Assembly (NCBI GenBank): GCA_965603825.1
Contig: CBFDEM010000005.1
Coordinates: 558,001-622,000, forward strand
Reading direction: 5' to 3'
DNA: 64,000 nt
Origin: Blepharisma stoltei ATCC 30299
Lineage: Eukaryota > Protista > Ciliophora
Positions 12,508 through 24,677 of the stretch are shown here, in pieces. The translations under genes were made by a program, and so were the position numbers. The stretch's first letter is position 1. Each line of letters starts with the position of its first letter. The notes below the pieces were generated by a model. It made no database searches, had not been told where the DNA came from, and saw only the letters and a list, made by a program, of their open reading frames with translations.

Positions 12508-12899
12508 TATTAAATTTTGATTTACAATATATGATGGTGTTGCAAGAAAGCAAATTAGAGTTAAGATGGAAAGATGCTAAACTTATAGTTTTTGGATTAT
12601 TTATGTGACTGAGCTTGCAAAGCCATTATGCAAAGAGTGTTCAGTTTCATTTTTATGTTTTTTATTAATGCAAGTATGATTATCAAAGCTATATGAATTG
12701 CATTAGATACATTTGACATGCAAAGTTCCAAAATAAGCAACTAACGATATTATTTTTTGGATTTTTTTATTTAACAGTTTTTAAATTTTATTAACTTTCT
12801 CATTTTAGAAATAGTAGAATATTTACGAAACCTTTCTTTTCTTCATTACTCTTTATTTCCTAAAAATAAGCATTTCATCTTAAGATACAATAATAAAAG

Positions 12900-14849
12900 A
12901 TGGCAAAGCGTCCTAGAGCCACACAAGACAGCAAACCTGAAGGAGAGCCCAAATTTTTGAAAAATGACAAGGAATACAAAATGCTCAATGATTTGCAGAA
13001 TAAAGGGACACTTTATGACAAAATTTCAGCAATAATCAGGAAGATCGAAATCACTTACAGGCCAGATAAATTTTGCGATTTTAATTCGATCGGAATCTTG
13101 CTTGACATGGCTAAAAAGAAAAGCAGGCATCACAGTGAAGCTGCGGTTGATGGTCTAAAAGAACTTTTCATAGAAAAATTGAGAAAGCCAAGGAAACCTG
13201 TAGAAAATGAAGAAAGTGAGAAAGAAAATGGAAAGGGAAAACAGAAAAAGAAAGAGGAAGGAAAGGGCAAAGACGTTGTGCAAGAAAAAATAATTGAGAA
13301 ATACAGAGAATTTGTTGAAATTTTGAAACAAAGCAGTACGGTGGAGCACTACCATAAGCATATGATAAGAACTATGAGTGAGTTGGTGATTATGAAAGAA
13401 GAGCTGAGAGATAGACTTATTGAAGAAATCATAAATAAGCTTGGCGATCCAAATAATGCCATTCCTACCTGTGTAGTTCTCGAGTGCAACAATATAGTAA
13501 GAAGAAGGAGATTCTTACTTGTTCCAGTTCTAAAGGCAATTTCTCACTTCGTATTTAGGAAAAATCAAAGTGCAAATGCAAAATTTTACTCCATTGTTCT
13601 GATCAACTCAATTAAGCTAAAGCCAGGGGAGCAAGAAGCAGTGAAAATAATCATCCAAACCTTATTAAAATTATTTACTACTCTTGTAAAAGAAGCAAGG
13701 CAGCAAGGAAGCAAAGCCATTGCATTGCTGCTGAAGACATTGAATAAAACCTTCCCCTTGCACAGTGCTAAAGGCGCAGTCTATCAAGATTTCTTCAAAG
13801 CTGAAATTGATGAGCTTTATAGCTTGACCCACCATCAAGAGAACATCAATATCCAAATTGAGTCCTTAAGGTTTGTTTTTCAGATGGAGCTTACTCAAGG
13901 CGCTATTTCAGACAGATATTATCGTGCTCTTTATGAGCATATTTTACCACATCCAAGGCTTCGCTCAATCAACTACAAATCTTTGACTCTTCTATTTAAC
14001 ACAATAATGATGAGTCTAAAAGAAGATTTCAACCTTACAAGGGTCAAAGCCTTTTTAAAGAGACTAATGCAGTGCTGCTTGATTGCTGATTCTCCATTTA
14101 TTTTGGGAACACTTTTACTAGTATATGAAGTCATGAAGATTCATCCTGGAACTTACACAATGGTACAAGAAGCTATTGTGCAGGATGAGGAAGAAAAATA
14201 TGAAGATGCCCCTGATTCTGATGCAGAAGAAGAAAAAGTGGAAGAAGAGGAGAAAGCAGAAGAAGAAAACAATGAAAAGCCTTCACTGTCAGGCTATGAC
14301 CCTATAAAAAGAGAGCCAAAGTACTCTGGTGCTGAATATGCAAACTTTTTCGAGTTAAAGCAGCTTACCAAAAACCTCCACCCAACAATTTCAAAATGGG
14401 CCCAAAAAATTTTAAATAATGAGCCTATAGAATACGAAGGCGACCCACTCCTAGATTTTTCATTAATCAATTTCCTTGACCGCTTCGCCTACAGAAACCC
14501 CAAAACCAGCATAATTAGCAAGCTGCAAGGAAAGAAGGTCAGAATGAGTTTAGTTGAAGAAACAGTCAACTCCAAAAATTTCAAGCTAAAAGGTGAAAAC
14601 GAAGTGAGAGAAGAAGAAAAATTCTTCCATAAATATTTCAACATGAAAAAAGATGAGCCTGAGGAAGAAGAAGAAGACATGGACGAAGACATGATCGGAG
14701 AAAATGATTCTGATGTTATGGACTTTGGAGATCTAGATATGGGTGGCGAAGGAGATTTTGGAGAAGAAGAAATCGAAGATGCAAGCAAAGGAAGAAAGAA
14801 GATGAAGAGAAGTGTTTTCGCTGACGCCGACGAGTATAACGAAAGATAA
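12900..14849 (+). CDS. CEBPZ: Mak21/Noc1/CEBPZ ribosome biogenesis protein (CBF domain)
   Basis: DRYYRALY, RVKAFLKRL, YDPIKREPKYSGA, HPTISKWA, GDPLLDFSLINFLDRFAYRNPK, C-terminal SVFADADEY. Confidence 0.9.
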   Translation: MAKRPRATQDSKPEGEPKFLKNDKEYKMLNDLQNKGTLYDKISAIIRKIEITYRPDKFCDFNSIGILLDMAKKKSRHHSEAAVDGLKELFIEKLRKPRKPVENEESEKENGKGKQKKKEEGKGKDVVQEKIIEKYREFVEILKQSSTVEHYHKHMIRTMSELVIMKEELRDRLIEEIINKLGDPNNAIPTCVVLECNNIVRRRRFLLVPVLKAISHFVFRKNQSANAKFYSIVLINSIKLKPGEQEAVKIIIQTLLKLFTTLVKEARQQGSKAIALLLKTLNKTFPLHSAKGAVYQDFFKAEIDELYSLTHHQENINIQIESLRFVFQMELTQGAISDRYYRALYEHILPHPRLRSINYKSLTLLFNTIMMSLKEDFNLTRVKAFLKRLMQCCLIADSPFILGTLLLVYEVMKIHPGTYTMVQEAIVQDEEEKYEDAPDSDAEEEKVEEEEKAEEENNEKPSLSGYDPIKREPKYSGAEYANFFELKQLTKNLHPTISKWAQKILNNEPIEYEGDPLLDFSLINFLDRFAYRNPKTSIISKLQGKKVRMSLVEETVNSKNFKLKGENEVREEEKFFHKYFNMKKDEPEEEEEDMDEDMIGENDSDVMDFGDLDMGGEGDFGEEEIEDASKGRKKMKRSVFADADEYNER

Positions 14850-14871
14850 ATTTTACACAAAATAGTCATAA

Positions 14872-15228
14872 CTAACTCTTATATATTAAATTTTGAGGTA
14901 GAGCAAATTCAAAATACTCTGGATGCCTGACTGGTTTTAGATTGACACTTTGGAGCTGATTTTTGTTGATTTTAAGCTTGTATTGTCCATCATCTTTTAA
15001 ATCAGCCCTTACCACTTCAGTAGTGATCCACTCTCTTGCGATGTCAAACTCGAAAACAAATTGTGAAATCTTGATCTGATCAGTCTCGTTTTTTCGCTGC
15101 AAAATCTGCTCTTTTAACGAATTCTTGAATTGCTTATAAGTCCTGTTGTCGCCTCTAAATTTGGTTTTCAAGGCAATCACTGTTCGCCTATATAGCGCAA
15201 GAGTTGGATTAAGGCCGACTATTGCCAT
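14872..15228 (-). CDS. LYR-motif mitochondrial protein (LYRM7/Mzm1-like)
   Basis: ALYRRTVIALKTKFRGD at the N-terminus; size and C-terminal VVRADLKDDGQYKLKI fit LYRM7/Mzm1. Confidence 0.6.
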   Translation of the reverse strand: MAIVGLNPTLALYRRTVIALKTKFRGDNRTYKQFKNSLKEQILQRKNETDQIKISQFVFEFDIAREWITTEVVRADLKDDGQYKLKINKNQLQSVNLKPVRHPEYFEFALPQNLIYKS

Positions 15229-15256
15229 TTATAATACATTCTAATTAAAATATTGC

Positions 15257-16234
15257 TTATATAAGGCCACTCTTATTTTCATAGCTGTCAGCAAAAGTTG
15301 TGACTTTGCTGATATTGTTGCTCAAGTTTAAGCTGTCTTCTCCTTTATACCGCTTGCTCTTGCTGAAACTGCACTTCTTTTCTGAGTATTGCTCCTTAAG
15401 AGAGTTTTTCTCCATTTGAATCAGCTGTTTAAAAGCGCTTTTGCCATGCGGGTCAATTTGTTTATGCTTGCTCAATAAAATCGAATAAGTTCCTGACAGT
15501 CGACTGCTTTCTTCTACCTCTACACTGATATTAAGCGATTCTTTTTCAATCCCACTGATATTTTCAATATCAACAGAATCTAGCTCAGTTTTGTTCTCCT
15601 TGGAATTCTGGCTTTCATTGATGATTGGAGGTTTTATTGGATCTCTCTTAGAGTTATTTAATAAACTCTTGGCACTGAACTTGCTACTTTTTGTCAAGTG
15701 AAAAGGCCTCGTTTCAGTTATGTTGACTGCCTTTCTTGATTCTTGAGAAGTCAACCCAAAGCTTTCCTTTGGGGAATAATTGAACTTCTCAGTTGATGCA
15801 GAACTTGGAAACTTTCGGTGGATTGTGGATTTTTCAACAATTTGCTCAAGTTCTTTTAATAAATTCAATGAAGAGTCTTCAGGGAGGCTTACGTTGGAAA
15901 TTTCTGGGAGATTCCCAGTATCTTCTAATTCAAAATTTAAGCCCAGCTTGAAAGATTTTTCTGGGTTGATGCTGAGCTCTTCGTCGATGTCAACAATGGA
16001 TTCTACATCCATTTCTTGACTTGTGTCTCCAGTCAGGCGCTTAAGCTTAACCATAAGGTATTTGCTTTCTTCTGGGTCATTTCGAAAAGGCGCTCCTGGC
16101 TTTCGAAATCTTCCAGCATCATCGATTGGGCTTGAGAAGTCTATCACTGGGTCAGTTTGGACAGCTGCGTTAGTTTGAAGCAGCTTTCGGCCGCAGGTTT
16201 GGCATATGCATACATGAGGAAGTAACTTTAGCAT
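15257..16234 (-). CDS. Hypothetical low-complexity protein with N-terminal HVCICQTC motif
   Basis: 325-codon ORF from ATG to TAA with coding-like composition. Confidence 0.7.
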   Translation of the reverse strand: MLKLLPHVCICQTCGRKLLQTNAAVQTDPVIDFSSPIDDAGRFRKPGAPFRNDPEESKYLMVKLKRLTGDTSQEMDVESIVDIDEELSINPEKSFKLGLNFELEDTGNLPEISNVSLPEDSSLNLLKELEQIVEKSTIHRKFPSSASTEKFNYSPKESFGLTSQESRKAVNITETRPFHLTKSSKFSAKSLLNNSKRDPIKPPIINESQNSKENKTELDSVDIENISGIEKESLNISVEVEESSRLSGTYSILLSKHKQIDPHGKSAFKQLIQMEKNSLKEQYSEKKCSFSKSKRYKGEDSLNLSNNISKVTTFADSYENKSGLI

Positions 16235-16419
16235 ATTAATTTATTTAAATTACATCTATTTGAATATTAAAATTTGACCGATTAATAATAAAAAATATAT
16301 AGATACCACTATTTACCCTTTAAAATGAAGCATTAAATAAGCTTTCTAATTCTGGTTTAATTTATTTTAAGGATTATGCTCAAGTCTTATTTAGTTTAAT
16401 TTAATAGTATTGATTCAAA

Positions 16420-17001
16420 ATGGCTACAGGGCGTTTTGGTAAAAAGTTTCGGATCATATCAGCAATTGAGAAAGAGGACATTAGACTTCTTCTTCTTTTA
16501 ATGCAAAAGCAAAATCATAGGCCAGAAGCTCCAATCGATAAGCTAGGAAGCAATATTTTTCATTTAGCTTGCTATCTTGGTAAAATGACGATGATAAACT
16601 ATATTTATGATAACTTCCATCTAGATATTAATTTGCATAATGAAGACGGAGAGGCGCCAATCCATATGGCAGTAAGTGGAGGGCATATAAACGTAGTAAA
16701 ATGACTGTGGGAAAAAGGAGCCGATGTTCATGTTCCAACTTTATATTATCACAAAACTCCATATGACTATTGCTGCAACATGATAAAAACCAAAAAATTT
16801 CCAGATATAGGAGGAAACCCTCGACAGTGCTTGGCAAAAATAGTTGAGATTAAAAATTATTTACTAGAAAAATATTTTACTGATAAAAGAGGGGAAGAAA
16901 GAAGGAAATTCATCTGGGCTCAACAGAAACTAAAAGAAAAAGGCAAGCCTTTTGGAAGACTGACTAAAGGAATGGCGAGAGAGATTGCTGAATTTCTTTA
17001 A
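16420..17001 (+). CDS. Ankyrin-repeat protein (193 aa)
   Basis: GSNIFHLACYLG, GEAPIHMAVSGGHINVVK-W(TGA)-LWEKGAD; two track ORFs join in frame. Confidence 0.85.
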
Positions 17002-17204
17002 TTTTAATCCTTAATATCGTATTATAAAATAGAGTATTTGAATCAATTTATTAAATTCTGATTTTTTGGATTAGTCATATTGAGATTATGCCAAATATTA
17101 CATTGATTGTATATCTATTTACAAAAAATATACTCTAAAAAAAGCATTGCTTATGTTTAAAATTTGTAAATAAATCATGTTATAAATTAAAATTTGCTAA
17201 TTAT

Positions 17205-17936
17205 TTAATTAAGAGGATTTCGAAACACTGAGCATTGCTTGAGTTCTTCTAATAGTTTTTTATATTTCTTATCAGGAAGTGATCTTCTGCAATTCACACA
17301 AAACCAATCTCCTTCAGGAATTTTAGCCAAATAGCCACAGCTTGTATGGCATCCAGAATTGCATTTGTCACAAAGAAGCATGTTTTCTTCCTGATCCCTT
17401 TTCCCACAAATTTCACAAGCAATCGCACTAATCTCTTGCTGAGAAATTTCTTCCTCATTTTCGCGGGAATCAGTCTCAGCCTCACTCACTTGTTTTTCTT
17501 CGATTTTTATATTATTTTCACATAAATTCTCATTGATAGTGGATGATTTGATAAGTCTCCTTCTTTTTTTTGGTTTTGGTTCTTTTGCTTTAATTTTGCA
17601 CCTTTTTTGATGTGCATTCTTAATTTTGTGGTATTTTCTTTCTGAGAGTATCAAGCCGAATTCATAAACGTCCAGAATGAAGGGTTTGATGCTTTGATTT
17701 AGGAATTCATCATATTCTGATTTATCACAGATAGTTACAATAAGTCCATTTTCATCTTTGTACTTAAAGGCTGGCTCTTCTACTCCAAAAAGGCTTTTTG
17801 ATTTTTCTATAACGTTATTATAGTCATTTGGGGCTTCGCCAATATTTCTTAATTCATCACCAAGTTTTAAGTATAGCTTCTTCATCTTATAGGTTACTCT
17901 CGGTTTCCCACTATTTAAAATAATAGAAATCTCCAT
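17205..17936 (-). CDS. PB1-like + PHD finger protein
   Basis: FKYKDENGLIVTI (PB1 acidic motif); CEIC...LLCDKCNSGCHTSC...IPEGDWFCVNC (PHD). The start could be ATG 17885. Confidence 0.85.
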   Translation of the reverse strand: MEISIILNSGKPRVTYKMKKLYLKLGDELRNIGEAPNDYNNVIEKSKSLFGVEEPAFKYKDENGLIVTICDKSEYDEFLNQSIKPFILDVYEFGLILSERKYHKIKNAHQKRCKIKAKEPKPKKRRRLIKSSTINENLCENNIKIEEKQVSEAETDSRENEEEISQQEISAIACEICGKRDQEENMLLCDKCNSGCHTSCGYLAKIPEGDWFCVNCRRSLPDKKYKKLLEELKQCSVFRNPLN

Positions 17937-18226
17937 TTAAGCAAAGCCTAAATACTAATTATCAGTGATTAGTAAGATCTAAGTATTAAACAATACAAAT
18001 ATGTTTATAATTATATCGCAGCAGAAAGAAGGCAATATTTTAATTAATTGTCTATATCAAACACAAATAATAAAACTTTATAGCACTTAGACTTTTATTT
18101 TTATTACACTTCGCATGAAAACTTCATTTGGTGTGTAGAAATTTGATACTTTAGAGAAAAGCGCGAAATATAATTGGCACGATTTAAGGAACTATAAAAT
18201 AAATAGAACTCACTTATATAATTTAA

Positions 18227-20797
18227 ATGGCAAAAGTCCTTTTATCTTGAATATTATGAAGTGCAGGATTTTTCTACCTTGTCTATTTCATATACTACAA
18301 GATGCCTTATAAGAAAGTCGGTCTTTCTGGCTCAGTATCTATTATTTAGGATATAATTGCATCTATTCACGACGAAAATGAGCCTGAAGATTATATTAGT
18401 CCAAATTGCACTAATAGCTTTTGTTCATGGAATTATTTCTATTCAAATCAAAACTTCTCATTAACACACACAAACTTTTCCCGCCTTGTAGAGTCAGCTG
18501 ACGAACATTTAAAAACCCTCCTTGAGCCAAATGACCCACCTTTAAGATGCTTGCCAGAAAAATTTGGTTATACAAGAACTACTGCAAAAGAGCTGTTTCC
18601 AGATGTGGATTGGCCGACATGTGCAAAGAAAATAGGTGAAGAGAAGCAAATTATTTATATTGACCCTATTGAAAATACTCTCTCAATGAATTGCTCAAAT
18701 GGAAAAGGCTGGTATTCATTAGGAATTAATCCCCATGAAGAAATGACTGGGTTCCAGGTCTACCTTGAAGATCTAAATGAGTATAAAGGAGCACCAATCA
18801 CACTTAAACATGGAGAAGAGTGGGCATTTGGAACTTGCACAGAAAAAAAAAAGACCTTATTCGAAGGTGCTACTTATTCATTAAGACGAAACCAAACTGC
18901 AATTGAGAGAACTCAACAAAAAATGAAGGAAATGCAGCACAAAGCAAAAGTTGCACACAACTCAACTGAAACTAAGCCATTAACTGTTATTATTCTAATC
19001 ATAGATTCTTTATCAAGAAGGCATTTCTATAGAAAATTGCCTAAAACGATAGAGTATCTGAACAGTATTGACTCTTCGAAGTTCAGCCTTTTTGACTTCA
19101 AAATCCACAATGTGATGGGTGACAACTCGCTCCCCAATACCTATCCAGTCTGGACAGGTAAAACTCTGCTTCCTCAAACTTCTGAGGAGAGGCATGAAAA
19201 CATGGTGAAGAAAGCTGATTTGATAGGAGCTGAGTCAATCTGGCACTATCTTATAGAAAGAGTAAACTATATCTAGGGATGAATCACACTGTTTGACATT
19301 GAGTTTTGTAATAACTACATGGCATACAAAACGGGCAGAAGAATAGACACTGACCATATGACAGGGGTGTTCTGGTGTGCCGCTGAACGACTGTCTGGAT
19401 ACCTGTAAGCTTTATTTAGGGACATTACTGAAACTCAGCGTTGCATCGGAAATCAGAACTCTCACTTCTATAGTCTAAACAACACAATTCAGTTTGTCAA
19501 CAGCTATGAAGGCTTAAATAAGTGGGCTCATGTCACCACGGAAGCTGGACATGAGCATACTGGCTCAGTCATTTCATCCCTGGACGATGATTTAGTTTGG
19601 TTTCTGAAAAAAATTCTCCAAACCAAAGATGAGTTGGTCTTATTTATGATGGGAGATCACGGTATGAGATATGGCGATTGGTATAAGCTGCTAGAGGGGT
19701 CAATTGAACACAAATTGCCAATGCTTATCACCCTTGCCTCTAATTCTTTGTTAGATGATATCCCTAATAGCTATGACTCTCTTTATCACAATTCTAACAG
19801 ATTGATGTCTAAGCTTGACCTTCACAGGACGCTGAAGCATCTTGCCCACGTGCCTTATTACAGAGGCTATACAAAAGAGTCTCCAGAGTATTTTGAATGG
19901 GATGCTGAAACTAATAAATCCTTAAGCTTACTTCTTGATAAAATACCGAATGATAGAAGCTGCCAAGACATCAACATCGAACCTTTCTATTGCTCCTGTT
20001 TGGTTTTCACAAAAATAGATGAGAGCTTATACGCAGGCAAAACTTCACTTAGAAGTAAAGAAATGAATATTAAGAAGCTTATAAGAGAAATAGCTGAATA
20101 CTTCATATATTTAATTAATGAAGAAACCGTCACTCCATACAAATCCCCTGGGTTCCACATATGCCAAGAAGTTACATTAAAAGCGGTTGACTCAGTTGAA
20201 TGGCTTAAGCTTGCTCCAAATAAGCATTTCTATAAGTTAGCCATCACTGTTAATGAGCATCCTTTAGCAAGATTTGAAAGTGTTGCCTTGGTGACTTCTC
20301 AATATGAAGAAGAATTAAACACACGAGAAGGGTACCACTTAACGAAAACATATCTCAATGGAAAGAAAAATATAAAGCCAATCTATATCAGAAGACAAGA
20401 TATGTATGGAGGATTGTGCGAGCAAATGTGCAACCTTAGGCAGATTCTTGCACCTTTATGTATATGCCATAAGTTGGGAACAATTGAATGGAATGAGCCA
20501 AACATGGTTGAGGAAATAAAAAGCAGATATATGTTTTATATGGGGGATATTGGAGAAAGCTGCACAGAAAAGTGCAATAAAGAAGGACTGATATGTGATA
20601 CAATTGGAATAAATGTGATGAACAGCTGCAATGATATGAAAAAGGTTTCCAATTGCAAAACTTGTGTGGATGGGGATGAGAAAATGTTTCCAGGAGAAAA
20701 TAATGGGGTCTGCTATTTGCAAAAATCAACTAAGTATTTCTGTGACGAAAAATTGGAAAATATTAGGCGAGGATGTGCTTGCAAGGGTAATTCGTAA
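18227..20797 (+). CDS. DUF229 / alkaline-phosphatase-superfamily membrane-anchored protein with Cys-rich C-terminal domain (3 introns, ~841 aa)
   Basis: N-terminal TM anchor; IIDSLSRRHFYRKLPKT, GDNSLPN, GHEH, MGDHGMRYG, EHKLP, DLHRTL, RSCQDINIEPFYCSC; introns 18335-18349, 19262-19276, 19405-19419. Confidence 0.8.
18335..18349 (+). other. 15-nt intron (GTATCTATTATTTAG)
   Basis: Contains in-frame TAG; removal joins the ATG 18227 exon to the main frame. Confidence 0.8.
19262..19276 (+). other. 15-nt intron (GTAAACTATATCTAG)
   Basis: In-frame TAG; removal gives ERGWITLFDIE. Confidence 0.85.
19405..19419 (+). other. 15-nt intron (GTAAGCTTTATTTAG)
   Basis: In-frame TAA; removal gives GYLDITETQRCIG. 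Confidence 0.85.
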
Positions 20798-21231
20798 TTA
20801 TATTAAATTAGGTAATTTCTATGAGTTCTTCTATAAAATCTTATCAATTATAGACTTTCAAATACAAGTTATATTATTAGCTCATCAAAGAATAGTAGCT
20901 CTAAATGATTAAATAATTTAAATTCAAAAATTATCTATACTAAATAAAATGTGTGATAATATTTTATCATAAAGCAGAATATTCAATTAATCGAGCAATG
21001 AAATTATCTTTTTGCTTATTTTTTTTAAAGCTTGCAAATGATAATTTTATCTATTATTTGAACTCTGTCGTTATTCAAGTCCATAATAGTCTGATCTGAG
21101 AATAATAATTTTCAAAACATTTTGCTGACAAATTTTCTGGATTCCAATTATTCTTGCGCTATCTATCTATCTTAATTATATAATTTAAAAAAGCCTAAGG
21201 GTCATTTAAATAAAAGCTACGGCCTATTATT

Positions 21232-21870
21232 TTAATTTAGCTTCGCCTCTTCTGCCCCTTCTTGAGATTCAGGTTGTTTTTGGGCTGGTTTCTTGCATTC
21301 CTTAATTTTTTCCCAGCCTTGTCTTAGAAGGACAACATTTGACTTCCAATGCTTTAATCCTAGCTGCTCAGGAGTGTAGCCTCTAGACAAATTCCTTACC
21401 ACATAATCATCATAGTCCTTGATAATTCTCAACACCAAGTCACTCGTAGAAACACCATCAGTTCTGTCCGTGGCCAAAAATCTCCCCGCTTGCTTCACTT
21501 CATAATAGCAGTCACCAGTTTCATCGGAACCTTGCGTGTAAGGTATCGCATCATGACAAATATATCGAATATTGTGCTTATCTAAAAATTCTACAGTGGT
21601 GACCCATGGACTTGGACAAATGACTTCGTCTGCCCATTTACAGTGCTTAACCGTCTCTGATCTTTCATATTCATTCATAATTACTTTCCCTTTGTATTTA
21701 ATAGTGTCCTCATCTCCTGTAACACCAACTACAAGATAGACGTAAGGGAATTTCTTCTTGCACTGTTCTAGCATTCTTGCATGCCCAAAATGAAATAAAT
21801 CGAAAACCCCATCACAATATAGACGGATTGGGTGCTCTGGATCATATCCAAGTCTTGGTTCGTCTGCCAT
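21232..21870 (-). CDS. PCYT1: Choline-phosphate cytidylyltransferase (CCT)
   Basis: RLYCDGVFDLFHFGHA (HxGH), HCKWADEV, HDAIPY, RTDGVSTSDLVLRIIKDYDDYVVRNLSRGY. Confidence 0.92.
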   Translation of the reverse strand: MADEPRLGYDPEHPIRLYCDGVFDLFHFGHARMLEQCKKKFPYVYLVVGVTGDEDTIKYKGKVIMNEYERSETVKHCKWADEVICPSPWVTTVEFLDKHNIRYICHDAIPYTQGSDETGDCYYEVKQAGRFLATDRTDGVSTSDLVLRIIKDYDDYVVRNLSRGYTPEQLGLKHWKSNVVLLRQGWEKIKECKKPAQKQPESQEGAEEAKLN

Positions 21871-22338
21871 TTTATTTTCAACAAATTTAATAAATCATTT
21901 TGGCTTCGTTTCATATAGAGGATATCATTCACAAGTAAATGCAAAATGGCTCTTCTTTAGCCTTCGCTTATTTTATTAATTTTTCCAAGTTACTCAAATT
22001 GGCAAAAAGATCTATACATCAATCATTTCATGTATAATTTTAAAAAACTTAGTCTATTATAATAAATTATGTCAAATTAAGCTGATGCTTTTATATCGGT
22101 TAGATTCTAGTGCCAACTCTATTTTTCTTAAATGAATCTGTTTAAATTTATTACTTCTGTTTTTTGCATTAATAGATATTTTATTGAAATTAAGTCTTTT
22201 CAATGTGGGAGAAATGCGGATTGAAATATATACCTACTTATTGAAATAAAAAATGAAAGAATATAAATTTCCAAGTTCTCTTTCTTAGCTATTAAAAGTA
22301 AGTTTATAATATAGTACAATCAAAGCCTCCAAATTCAG

Positions 22339-24483
22339 TTAATCCTTTATTTCACTTCTAGTATCATCATCTCGGATTGAGCTACCAATTAACGAAGCTT
22401 CTGGAATTTTTGATGAATCAATCCTTATAGAGTTTCCTAGAAGTGACATATCGAATATTGGCTGTCGTACAGTATCCTCTATGTTTTCTTCGTCAGACTC
22501 AGTTATCTGATAAATAACTGAAAACCTTCTCTTGCTTTTAATATCTTCTTTTCTCGTTTTATCAAATAAATGTGGTGATTCACCAGTTTCCATCGAATTT
22601 TCAATATAATAATTTTCTACTTTCCTCATAAGAGATTCATGACCTTTATATCGACTAAACGCTGTGTCTCTATCATTAAAGCACCCAGCAAATACCTGCC
22701 TTGCTTTATGGCCCCTTTTATCAAGCTGATTTTCAGGATGAAAAGGGATTTTCCTCCCTCTGATCTTTCTCCCTTCAAGCCAAATATTTCTTGTGTGTTC
22801 TTGATCTAAGTTAAAAATCAGGTTTTTGCATCTTGCTGCAACATGTCCCATCATTTTACACAAATAGCAGGAAATATGAATATATGTATAGTCCATAGTC
22901 AAGCATTTTTTGGCTATCATCATTAGCGATTTATCATCTTCTGGATTGGTGCAGAGAATGTCGTAAAATCGATAAAAAGTCATCGAAAATACTTCAGTAA
23001 AGCGTGTCGACTTCACAGCAGCACAGCGCGGTGCTCCTATTAGAAACCCAATCTCTCCGAAGTACTCATCAGCTTCTAAATTTGTATAACAAACTTTGGA
23101 AGTTGGATGGTAGACTTCCACTTCGCCTGACATAATAAAGTAGAGAGTCCTGCTAGTTTCGCCTTCTTCAAATATCTGATCTTCTGCAGCATATGCCTGA
23201 TACGTTAGAAGCCTTGGCAAATGGATCACTAATTCTCTTGAAAAAAGACCACTCGTAAATAATATACACGATTTTATCACATGCCCGTGGAGATGCTGAT
23301 AAATTTCGTCCTTAAGAGGGCCACTAAAAATGTCTAATATATTTTGTTCGTCATAATCATAGTCATTATTTACCTCATGTGTGTAGTCAAGATAGCTCCT
23401 GACTCGAAATTGAATCTCGGATGGAAGATTTTTCTTTTTCATATACCGATTGACAGCTTGTACTGTGAATCGGTACCTATCTTCTCTTGCATTGGCTTCT
23501 GATATCAAAGAAGACAGATTACCGATGATGTTGACAAACATCGCTGACAAGCACACCATTGAGAAAATTCCATACAGTTTTTCAACAATTGAAATTGGAT
23601 GGAAATCGCCGTATCCAACTGAAACCATTGTTGTTATCGCCCAATACATTGATGTCACGTAAAATTCCATCTTGGGTATTCCACTTTCTACGTCTTCTTG
23701 GAAGTCTATCAGTCAATTCTGGTTGCGCTTTGTCATGTTGGTCAAAGATACGTAAAAAAATAAACAAGCTGCTCAGTGAGCTATGAGTATTACCCTTGAA
23801 AAAAGTTTAATAAATAAGAATCATATTGAAGCGAGCTGGGTTTTGAAGTAGTCGTCAATATCTAGCAGAATCTTTTCCATTTTAAAAACTTTCAATAACT
23901 TGAGAAATCTCACAAGTCTTGACAGTTTAATTGAGCTGAACGAGTTTTTAGTCTCACTAAATGAGATCTGCTGGTCCTCAAAAACAGAACCAGTCAGAAG
24001 CCAAACTCAAGGAAAGCTTGACATCAAGTCAAGAAAAAGTCACCTTTCAGCGTATTGCTTTGCCATCATTGTCCTTATCATCACCAAAGCACCTTTATAA
24101 AAATATCCAGTATTGACCGTAACAAAGATATCCATAACAAATAAGATCTGGACCACGAATTCCACATAAATTCAATCACCTTCCACCTGAATCACAAAAA
24201 AAATAAAAACTGGGATTGAAATTACCAAATAAAGGAGGCAAGCTAAAATTATAAGGTCTCAAATGACTCTAAATGCATGGTTTGGGTGAAATATGAACGT
24301 CGAATTCCAAAAATTGTTGGTTTTACTCTTGCGAACTTTGTAAAAATCTCCTGAATGAAAAGTTTGTGATTTCTTCAAGGTGTGAATTCTGTTTTCTTGA
24401 GACAGATATGGTTGAAATTGCTCATTGCTAATTGCTGTAGAGGGTTCAGGGGCTCTTTGATCGTGCTTTTTCAGTATTTCCAT
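22339..24483 (-). CDS. Cyclic-nucleotide-binding-domain (EAG/HCN-like) K+ channel with post-CNBD zinc knuckle (714 aa)
   Basis: In frame through several TGA=Trp: S1 VI-W-D, FLDLMSSFP, S4 KLSRLVRFLKLLK, AH-W-AAC, pore TMVSVGYGD, C-linker, YFGEIG...PRCAA. Confidence 0.92.
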
Positions 24484-24677
24484 TTATTCCTTTAATTTTA
24501 TATTTTGAAAAGAAGCAAAATAATGATTTTTGGAGAATTAGAGGTTGGACTTCAATCCTTTAATTTCCTTTAAAATCCCATAAAAAATGTAGTTGAACAT
24601 TCATTTATAGCTTGGAATATAAGAAGGTTATTTTTTTTAGAATTCTGAATTAGCAAATATGTTTATTCTAATATTGG

